Both the position numbers and the translations under genes were made by a program. A stretch of 59,866 bases of DNA, filler included, from Circinaria calcarea (taxonomy: Eukaryota), in assembly GCA_051942165.1 (NCBI GenBank). It is 5 parts of 5 records of this genome, joined end to end, with 100 filler letters (N's around TTAATTAATTAA, not from the genome) between each part and the next. Parts side by side here need not be neighbours in the genome. Positions count along the whole stretch, not along the records: positions 48,003 to 59,866 come from JAVECS010000631.1; 4 more parts are not named here. One strand, 5' to 3'. The stretch's first letter is position 1. Each line of letters begins with the position of its first letter. The notes under the pieces are model-generated. The model saw nothing but the letters and a program-made list of their open reading frames with translations, was not told the DNA's origin and ran no database searches. Below, piece after piece: positions 49,912 through 59,866 of this stretch.

Positions 49912-52900
49912 TTATTTTCTCGACTTTTTGCTAGCCTTCTTCTCAGACTTGTTCTTTGGGCCCTTTTTGACTGGCACGACTTCACCGTCGGTGTCATTGT
50001 CGCTCTTATCGTCCTTGGAGACAACCATGGACCTGTGCCTAACTTGGGCTTTAGCACCCAACCTTGCCGGCTCGGGGAATTCCTCTACATCACTCTCCCC
50101 CCTGGTGTCGCCAGTCTTGGCTAGTGAGTCATCCTGCGAGCCGTCCTCCGTGTTATCTTCTGAGTCATCTGAGTCATCTGAGTCATCAGACTCTGACTCC
50201 GACTCGGTGTCGACATCTTTTTCACTTTCCGGCCTCCTGGCCTTGCTCGCCTTTCCTGCTCGCGCTGAACTTGGGGCTTTCGCCGAAGCTCTTGCCAGTG
50301 TTACAGGCTCTACCTTTTCCGGTTTTATCTTACGTTGATGCCAGCGGTCGTCTCTAACCTGATCGTCGTGTGCAATTTTGTACGCGTCCCTACCCTTATA
50401 GACCGATAGCAGGTACTCATCAAATTCTTTCGATGCTTGTGCCACTTTTTCGAACTGCGAACGATTCAAAATCGGGGTTGAATCATTTTTCACCTCAAAA
50501 TCGGCGATTGCAATAGCTGTTTGAACGGCGTTGCGGATCTGTCTGCAATAGGAGGCATTATAATTAGCCTTTTATGCGTAGTTTGGGTTAGCCATCTGGT
50601 ATGCGGGTTGAATTTCATACCTTCCATTCCAATTCCCCATACCTAGTCTTTTGAGCTCCTCGAAATGTGATTTGGCAAAGGCCAATATATCATTCTTTTC
50701 GATCTTGAATGCTTTCCCGTCTTTCTTCAAAGCCTCCTTGATCATTGACAAGTTATTCTTCCAGATCTGTACCGTCGTCGTCTTATCCAAAGCAGGGTAA
50801 TGAAGAGTGATATGGATTCTTGATTTGAACGCCTGATCGACTGTACCAACACGGTTGGTGGTGAGGAAGAGGATTCCCTGCGCATATGTAAGCTACCCTT
50901 TTTGATTGCAATGCTGAATAAGTAATTCATACACTGTAGTACTCTAAAGTTCTCAAGAAGACTGGTTTAACATCAGCAATAAGCCTTGGAGGATTGATTC
51001 TTTCGAGTTTGTCTTACCTGAGACGATGGCATTGCGTGTTAAGTCTTTAGTGGTACGTTTGTGCAGGAAAACACTTTCCAATGTTAGATCGGTCTAATGA
51101 AAAGATGTATGAACTTCTACAATCGAGTATTGTTGAAAATTGCTTTTCCGACTAAGAGCAAGCCGGCGACGCCAAGGGAGAGTAGAATAAATTCACTTAC
51201 TCGGCCTCGTCAAGAAGAAGAACACAACCCCATTTATGCGCGAGCTGGAAGTTTTTTTCAAGTTGTTCTTCTACCTTTTCTGCGTTCTCCCCAATATCGC
51301 CGCAGGTAATAGCGAATAGAGGTCGCTTGGTATGATCGGCAACGCACTCAGCGGTACTGGTCTTACCGACACCAGGCTCACCATGAAGAAGGATGATGAG
51401 TCCCTTACCCTTGCCTCGCACTAAATCAGATGATGAGAGCATATTCTTCTGGTTTTCCTGCTGCTCTGGATAACGTGCGCGATTTCGCACCAAAGCCAGC
51501 ACGGTTTCTTTATGCGTTGATGGGATTACCAGTTGATCCCATCCATCTGTGTAAGTGACATCTTGGACTTTGTCGATATCAAATGTCGCCCACTTTCGAC
51601 TTCTCAGAACAAAGCCGTAAACCCGCCAAGGTAATAAAATTTCCATATCTTTTTTTAAGTACTTAGCATCGTCTACTGGATCGAGCAGATTCTTCATGTC
51701 GTTCAGGAACTTGTTCTGGTTATTTTGGTCAATTAGAGAGTCAGGGAAAATATAATCATTCCCACAACATCCTTCTGTTCCACATCTACCAAGGTTCGCC
51801 GGGTCCTCCATATGTTCACGAGGATCATGATTGACAAGGGTACCTACTCCCAGCTTGGGTTTGTTTTCAGCCTTCGTTATAAAGCTTAGCTGAAAGTCAA
51901 TAATAATCTGTGAATCAACCTAGTACTTTGTAAGCTAGTCCTTTAGAGGTTTAAATTCTCTTGCGGGCTTACAGACCTGTTCCTGTTGTTGTTCGGCCGT
52001 TAACCCACTATACTGCTTGTGAGATACAACTTTAGTATTTGCAAGCCTTATAAATTCTTCCCCGCGTTTCCGCAAGTCTCGACGGGTTTTCTCCTGGTTG
52101 GGATCACACATTAACGGAAATACTGGCAACGAAGCAACGTCTTTTTCGCCGTCATATCTTCGAATCATGACTGTTTTGTTGACTGGTCCGAACTGCACTC
52201 CGTCGAAATCTACGTAAAAACATTCGACAACGAAGGCCTCCGCAGAGTATCCTTCCGCGCTGAGTTTTTGAGATGCGTGGTCCGGCGGAATGTCCTGTCT
52301 CGGCGACAGTACCTCACGGCCACCAGTGAATGCCAAAACACGGTAGCTTATAGGAGATAGTAAGCATGAGTTTAATAAACACAGGATTCATCGCTAGAGG
52401 AGCAAATACAATAAGAATTCTTACATTTGAATCTGTTTGTTATCAGGAGTCCGGACTTCTTGCCCATGTTCGAAGAGATGCCAAAGATCAGGAAACGCTA
52501 TCTTGCGCAAAGTTCCTGCTGCAAGACTACGACGCAACTCCCACATTGGATATAGATCACAGTCCATAAACTCGACTAAGAGACGGAGATGTTCCAATGC
52601 TTCGGGTGTTTCTGTCTCCTTAAGTGGGAGTTGAACAGCCGAAATGCTCCCGAGCTCGGCTTCCTTGTAATCATTGCATTCGCGGCTACCTTCAGCAGCA
52701 AGCTGCCTGTTCTGAAGATTAACCCGGTCCGACCCTAATTCTCCAATCGATGGGACTTTATCCAGGTCCTGACCCTCAGTAAGTGACGGTGTACACTTCT
52801 CCGTTGACGGTATTCCTGTGACTTTGTGCTTAGACTCAAGCAATTTGAGACGCGCTCGTATTTCATTCGCATAGGTGAATAGTAAGTTAAACGGACGCAA

Positions 52901-53827
52901 GAATACTAGTTTCTCTTTACTCTTACCCCCTTCTACCTTTGCGTTTGAGATCTCGTCTAGTATTTTTAAGAGTATGGTCGATCGAATGCGCAAGCGTATT
53001 GGAACACCTGTATTATGCCTGTTATGCATAATAGCTGCTTTCGAGGATTCGAGAGTATCTCTACTACCATAGCTTCTAGGCACCGAAGTCGCAGATGGCA
53101 GGCTAATTTCCTGGCTTTGAGCTTCCTGTATGTCGTCAATGCGGGAATCTTCAACCAAGACTTCCAAAACACTTTTAGTGGCCGGATCGTATTCGTCAAC
53201 ATGTTGCCACATTCTGAGGTCATTGGAGAAAGGTTTTACTTTGAAGTCTGCCCAAGCTAGTCGTACGACTTTCAAATGGTGTTTAGGACCTGAGTAAGCT
53301 GCAACTTCGTCAAGATACGGGGGACTTTGCTTTGATAGCAAGGCAAGTTCGGTTTCCAAAGCAACTATCCGATCTTCCACAAGTTTTGAGTACATATGGG
53401 CCTGTTTTGCTCGTCGGGCTGCTTTCATCCTGCGTTCTGAGAGCGATAATCTAGATCTGTCAACAACAGTAGTAAAGAAGTACTCGTCGTGTAGATCTTC
53501 GTCGCCTTGAGAGTCAGTATCGTCGTCGATCTCGCCAGACTTTATGACTCTATCAGTCTCTGTATGATCCTTTTTCCCATCCAATTTCTGCACATCCACA
53601 TTCTTATCGGCTATCGTAGCTTGAGCATCATCTTCCACGTTGCTCATTTTAGGAGTATTCGAAGTATTCATGGCTAGAGCTTGATCGATCCCATTATATC
53701 CCAGCTCTTTTTCGTTACTGCCATCCATTTTGGTAGTAGTATTGTTCATACTTGACTCGGATGTGGTTTGTTTAGCTGCAGCAAATTCTGGGGCTTGACG
53801 TGCTTGGTGATCCAGAAACGGCGGCAT
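49912..53827 (-). CDS. Large fungal AAA+ ATPase with long N-terminal domain (7 exons), apparently intact
   Basis: Walker A in GKGKGLIILLHGEPGVGKTSTAECVA, Walker B VLLLDEAD, VFLRTLEYYSGILFLTTNRVG, AFKSRIH and WNGRQIRNA. N-terminal motifs RLRIRS, FLRPF, I.FPDLWHLF, YVDFDG and VDSQIIIDF. All six introns reconstruct in frame. Confidence 0.88.
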
Positions 53828-54583
53828 GTGGTATGAAAGCTAAGTTGAAACAATTAATAGGGAGGGTTGAATAATAACGCTGCTGGAAAACGTCAAGAGT
53901 ATCAAAGCTCTGAGAAAGATAGAAGATGATTCGAAAAATGCGACGATCTCGTTCACTATGACTTATCTAGATCCATCAGGGGCAAGGCTTTAAAAGCCAC
54001 GATAACTGTAAGGGTAGCACGACATGTGCGGCTTAATCCTTTAGGCTTCAGCCAATTGTCTGTTGGACTTCGTGGAGGGGGAAAAAATAATCATTGGGTG
54101 AATTCTTTTGAGGCGGCAAGTTCAATTTTCCATATATCCCCATAATGTTCCAGCCTCCTCTAAAACGTTATTCAACATTGGTCAAGGGAGTTGGGTTACA
54201 CGGAATCAAACCAATTACCGAAAATCGCGCAACACACAATTAACCCAGTTAACGAAAATCGCGCAACGGAGCATCTACGTCCAGTAGCCGCATTACTCTT
54301 CAAATTTAGTTGGTCCCTTGTCCTATTTAGATCTCCTGTTTTGGTGGGATGGTGTGGTAGGAGGAGTTGGCACAAGTGCTTAGTGGTTGACAGCACCAAG
54401 CTACCGCTACCTTGGGTACAGCTCGTGGATCTTTTCATGTTCGGCGCCTGTTCGAGAGCCATTCTGTACGACGCTTGTCACCACACTTACAGCTATTAAG
54501 GTCTTAGGCTTTACCTTACTCTCTCCAATAGTTACGGTAATGCTATTCATGAGGAAGTGGACTACATCAATCTTTCAAGCACC

Positions 54584-57013
54584 ATGGCCTCCTACTTCCC
54601 ACGTCGCCGCCCAAAAGATATCCCTGCGAGGTTTATTGAAACCAATGTAGCACTATCACGCGATTTCGAATACGTCGAGTCACTGAGAACATTTATGTCA
54701 GGATCAGACGCGAGAGAGCACGAGCAAAAGATGTATACCTTTTAAACCTCAAATAAATTGGGAACTGGTCATCTAACTTCTTGCCGCAGTAAAACTCTCT
54801 GGGACGATACTCGCCAGCAAAAGGACGCTCTCTTTGGGGCTATGAAAGAATTCCAGAATAACTTAGCGAAGAAAGATCCCTCAATAATAGCGATAGATTT
54901 GAAGACATGTAGTTGGCCGGACGTTATGAGGGAGTTTAACCGAGCACAGCAATATCATAAAGAAAAGACATGGAGCAGGTATAAGCCTATCTCCCAATAT
55001 CTCCGGGCTTTTGGAGCAAAAGCCCAATTTCTGGGACAATGGGTAGAACTCCTTCCAGCTGGCGACTACGGAGCAGGTCTATGTGGTACGTGTTTCCCTC
55101 TAATCTTCTGTTTTCCCTTTTCCGACGGTTACTGATTAAAAACCACTGTATCTGGATAGGTGCTCTCAAATTGATCCTAGGCGTAAGAATAACTCACACT
55201 GCATGAATGCAATACGGAAATGCGGCTAACGAGGTGCTAAATTAGGCTGCAAGTCGTCTACATGATATTCGTACCTTTGTTTACATGGCTCTATCTGAGA
55301 TCCCTGATGCGGTTGAGAAAGCAAGACGCTACATGAATATTTACAAAAACACGTCAGCATTTCAACTTACACAAAGGACAATAGAGCTTTACAGCGCTAT
55401 CTTAGTAGCACTAAAAGATATTATGGATTATTTCCTAGATCGTCCGGCTAGTATGTCAACCTTGACAATTCATATAAGCCCTTATTAATTTATGGAAATC
55501 AAGGAAAGATCTTCTCCTCAATGATCTTTGGCAGCGGCTACAAAGCTAGTCTGGAGGAAAGCGTCAAGAAGATCAAAGATTGCGTGTCGCGCCTTGATGA
55601 CGAGGCGAATATGTGTAATCAAGAACGAAATGATACGATGGCAACAAATATCAGATATATTATGCAAAACTCCGAGGCAGTAGGTAGGGAGAGATATACA
55701 CACCAAATCACCGACGGAGCCGCAGACCTACGAAGGTTGAAAATCACCGAGGAAGACTTTGGTCAGGCCCAATACAGGAAGATCGAAAAAGATTTGATTT
55801 CAAACATCCTCAACACCTGTAAAGAATTGCTCTCGGCGAATCCTAGAATCGATCATTGCACTGGGTTGCCACGTGAAGAGGGTAAAGCCATATATTGTGT
55901 AATTGTTTTGCGGGTGTTTCTAACAAACAACAGTCAAAAAAACGAATCACGCGAATCGCCCTAGACGACATAGGCATACACCGAAAATCGAGTCGCTATC
56001 AGTAACAGAGGATATAAAACCTAAAGGTAAGTGCAGTTATATCGTACCTGGCGGGGGATCTGTGTGTGTTAGGCTGCAGTTGATCTGAGCTCTGGGAAAA
56101 CTGTATCTTCTGGCTGGGGGTCTCCGTTGGTAAAGCCGAGAGCGATTTTACCTGGCTCATGTCAACTTGACTCAAGCCTGCATGACGTGCTGTACTGTGA
56201 CAGGCTTCTTGACAATCGGAATAATTTTAACATGACCTTCTAGGTGTTCCGTCCGAAGAAATGATAGCACTTTTGATCTACCGACCCGACCACATTATCC
56301 AAGATTTGGAGGAATGCTGCATCTTTGGAGAGATGATGGGCGAGGAAGAAAAAGAACAAGCGTCCAGGGCTACTCGCTCCGACCAGCTGCGTAAATTCCT
56401 CACGGAATCTAGCCAGTCCCGCGCGCTGCTCATCAACGGGAACTTTGATGATCCCAATCCCACGTCGTCCTTGTCATTTCTCCTGGCAAAGATATCACTC
56501 ACGTACAGCGATGCCAAGGATGTCATAGTGTTGAGCTATTTCTGTTCACTTCATGCCGACGTCTTCGATCCTAGGGCTAATGCCATAGGAATGATGATCA
56601 GTCTAGTCGGCCAGCTACTCTCGTACCCAGGGCTCGATTTCGACCTGACATTCATGGATGAGGAGTTGTGCAATCTTATCGAAAGAGACGATTGCAAGGC
56701 ACTCTGCACCGTCTTCCTACATCTGATAGCGCAGCTGGCTAGGTTGAAACTAGTCTTCTGCTTCATTGACTCGATATCCATTTACGAAACGGACACACGC
56801 GTCGAAGACACGGAACTGGTGTTATCCACACTCACGAACCTTGTCAGCCAGGACGGTGGTGCCATTTTCAACCTACTGGTGACCGATCCTGGGAGAAGCC
56901 TCTGTGCGAGTAGATATATTACCGAAGATGAAGAAGTCTTGGAAATGGACGACTCCATAGACGATGATGGACATGGCATCCTCGATCTTGAGGGATTATC
57001 TGGAGGTCAGTAA
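54584..57013 (+). CDS. STAND/NACHT-like protein: helical N-terminal domain plus NACHT-like NTPase with degenerate P-loop and no sensor repeats (7 exons)
   Basis: Introns at about 54733-54789, 55086-55160, 55184-55245, 55451-55503, 55882-55933 and 56026-56243 give one open frame. Motifs LLPAGDYGAGLCGALKLILGAA, LY..IL, LLINGN at the Walker A position, VLSYFC, MMISLVGQLL, VFCFIDSISIYE (Walker B-like) and NLLVT. Confidence 0.7.
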
Positions 57014-57307
57014 TGGAGAGTCTTAATGGCTCTCGCACTGGTTTGGTGGTATTTGGATAAATTAAATTAGTAACTTCATTCTGGACGTTCCTGAATAAAA
57101 TATACCCATACTCGTATTATCTGCAAGCTTGCATGTTTGTATTGCCGTTTGGATATATTCGTTGCAACCAAAGACTTATGAATCCAGACCTAATTATCTG
57201 ACTAACATCTCGCCCTAAAGACCACTGTCTGTATGTACTAAGTAGCTCCCAGAAAAGAAAACCAAATTCATCGCAAAAGAAGTCAACTCGAGGCTCCTGA
57301 CCTTTTA

Positions 57308-59600
57308 TTAAGAAACGGGATAACTTAGTATTCTCGCAGCTTGTTTGTCCTGATAAAGGTACAAATCAATAATCGGTGAGATCCGTGGGCTTGGTAAGCT
57401 CGGGGTTGGCGGGAGGGGCCGGTCCAGTGCCAGTAGTTTGTGTGGAGCTGATGGATAAGTCACTTTTACGCCGCATATTGAGCTCTCAGCGGGCAGGTGA
57501 ATGGCGAACCTTTTGTTTCGGTTGGGGCTTATGAACGCGGAAGGCCCACCCATATCCGAACGAGCTATTGGCTCGCCTGTCATGGATTGATCTGACTGCG
57601 GCAGTTGCGTAACTTCTTGAACTGATACGGAAGTAGATCCTTCAACTCGCAGCTCTGCTATTCCGCTGTCATCCATTTCCCGATACCCGAAAAACAGGCT
57701 GTTGTTATCGATTTCCTGTACTTGGGAGATCTCCGGTGGCTCTATCTCTTCTGGGGGCCTCGAAGGGGTAGCGGCAGCGCCCTTCCGTCGTTCAACTTGT
57801 GCGGATCGCCATTTATGCCTGATGAAAGCCAGAAATAAAACTCCGAGCGTCAGAAACCCAGCAATTCCCAAGGCTATACCAATAATACGGCTCTTATTGA
57901 CTTGCGGAGCTGCTGGAGGATTCGTTGAAATAGCTGGAGGACTTGTTGAATCAGCTGGAAGATTTGTTGAATTAGCTGGAGGATTTGTTGAAATAGATGG
58001 AGGGTTTGTTGAAATAGCTGGAGGATTTGTTGAAATAGATAGAGGATTTGTTGAACGAGCTGGAAGATTTGTCGAATTAGCTGGAAGGAATGGCTATGAT
58101 GTCATTCTCAAGACCGTCTATGTATTTGCATTGAGAGACGGAAAAATTGGAGTGTTCGTAGTTGGTGATAACGTAGCTAGAAGAAATTTAGTGTCCTATA
58201 TGGCGAAGATAGTTTATTTTAGGATGCTTACGCTTCCTGTAAAAAAGTTCGACCAAGAGTGTATTGGGATTCATATTTTGCTTGTTGCAAAGGGAAGTAG
58301 CGCATGGGTCTCTCTTCAAATGGAGGGTTTGCCATGAGATTGAAAGCTGCATAGGGCAAGACAATATCCACAGTAGGCCCACCGGAAAGAAGACCTCCAA
58401 TTTGGAACGTAAAATTATATCCATTTGCGGTTAAGTTATCGTGCAAATCATCGCTTATCAAGTACAATTTAGTCAAATTGTCTAGGGCCAATCCAAGTTC
58501 CTCTTCAAATGCTCGACAAGCTTCCAAGGGCAGATAAATCCACGGTATGGTTGAATCGATAAAGGTAAATATCGGTGATGGAAGAAGCGGAATAGTGGAT
58601 CCAGCAGAGCTTGTCAACGAAATTGATTGGAGGCCGACGACAAGGTCACGGGAGATATCAGGAGCAAGGAAAAAAGGAACGTTGTTAGGCACAAAGCGTG
58701 AAAGATCATAGCCTCCAAACGTTAAGCTTCCGAAAACACCTTTGAGCTCTATGACGAATTAGAAACTATATTTGCACTCCATGATAACAACACGTAGATC
58801 GGGTTCAGGTCTCTCGGCAGCTTCTCCATGTTCCGCAGTATCTAAGACGAAAAGTTTCACTTACGATAGTGTGCACCCGCGGTGTAACTCCAGGAGAGAC
58901 TTGGAATCATATTCCTTGTTTTCAAAGTTGCTAAAAAGCTCGGTTGAGGATTTTTATAGTCGGACAGGTTGGTCGGCTGCTGACCCAAGCCAAACATGCC
59001 CACGTAGTAGTAGTACTCGTCAGCAATACCAGCGATCATTTGAGACTCTAAGGGAGCGGCACCGCTAAAGCCTAGCGCCAGTTTATCGTGCCCATATAGC
59101 CCGCTCACATTGTAGCCAAGATTGAGCTCGAGGCCTAGAGAGTAGTAGCCGGTGCTATTCCAAGACTCGGATTCGGTGTAATGGAAAAGGCCACCGCGAG
59201 ATTGATCACAGTTCGAAACGGTGCTACCCTGACAACCTAAGGGGATGACGACCCATGTTGCCTGCCCAGCAGTCGAGATAAGGACACGGACGACCTGCTC
59301 CGGAGTTCCTACCCGCAAGGCAAAGGATGACCATAAACCATCATCACCGTCCCTAGAAAGTATATCAGCAGCTACAAGACTGTGGATTAGGTTGAGCAAA
59401 CCAATATTGCGAAGGGGGCCAAGAAATAGGTGATGGTTGGAGAGTCATCATCACGAAAGGAAACCCAGAGACGTTCTGTATCAACCAAATTCATCTAGAC
59501 TGAAATCGCGGGAAAATCCAGTCTGATCTTACACGCAGCTGAGTAGGTTCAACGAGTTGTAGAATTAAGACAAGGAATAAGGACCAGGACAGCAAATCCA
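57308..59600 (-). CDS. Pepsin-fold aspartic-protease-like protein with S/T/P stalk and TM anchor; frameshifted (possible pseudogene)
   Basis: PPSQYWDGDDGLWSSFALRVGTP, IPSLSWSYTAGA, GSLTFGGYD, FIDSTIPWIYLP, YTLGRTFLQEAY and NFSVSQC. In-frame TAA at 58079-58077; the stalk, TM and tail lie in another frame. The 5' start is unresolved and approximate. Confidence 0.75.
57914..58087 (-). repeat. Coding minisatellite, about 8 x 21 bp (peptide consensus PPAISTN)
   Basis: Units encode LPANSTN, LPARSTN, PLSISTN, PPAISTN, PPSISTN, PPANSTN, LPADSTS and PPAISTN. Confidence 0.9.
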
Positions 59601-59866
59601 GCTAATGATTAAGGTCTCCCTCTAAAAGGTAACACCTGTTCCCAGATGGTTTTTGTAACCTTCTCTTACCTTTTTGTCTGGACTTACCTAGCCGTCCTTG
59701 TGCATTTGATACTTCTCTTGCCCAATAATTTCTCGTCCACCTAAGTGCGCCAAGACATAGGAGGTTTACCTACGCCCTGTAACTGAAAGGGAGTACATGC
59801 TTTAAAACGCTACTTGCCTTACCAGTCCTCAGCATACCAACGGGATGTTTTACCTGCTGGGTCGGA

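Noticed and set aside
57702..58337. Plus-strand ORF with GGFVEIA repeats
   Set aside because: Antisense reading of the PPAISTN stalk minisatellite of the minus-strand gene.

Overview
Eukaryotic DNA from a filamentous ascomycete (Pezizomycotina), judged by short spliceosomal introns with CTRAY branch sites and fungal orthologues. The window is not one locus. It is five contigs (1-11905, 12006-23910, 24011-35911, 36012-47902, 48003-59866, in non-increasing length order) joined by artificial N44-TTAATTAATTAA-N44 linkers. Contigs 1, 2 and 4 carry housekeeping genes: a GH125 mannosidase, PDX3, a Cya5/PET309-like PPR protein, ERG8, a UBL3/MUB-like CAAX protein, Vps64/SLMAP, RHO3, CWC25, CSN2, an otubain-like gene, SEC7, LAT1 and a mitochondrial carrier. 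Contig 3 is a decaying accessory region with RIP-like mutations. It holds a short kinesin-14, a complete but dead Fot1/pogo transposon with TIRs and TA target duplication, a 17-bp repeat array, an MFS pseudogene, two short LTRs, dynamin-like and BCS1-like relics, and the end of a Spok-like kinase domain. Contig 5 has EMC1 and a frameshifted aspartic-protease-like membrane protein. It also has the most interesting module: an intact large fungal AAA+ ATPase gene head-to-head with an intact sensor-less STAND/NACHT-like gene whose Walker A is degenerate. A structured intron in ERG8 with a possible alternative acceptor is a second candidate for new regulation. All calls come from manual motif recognition and splice reconstruction; no database searches were run.
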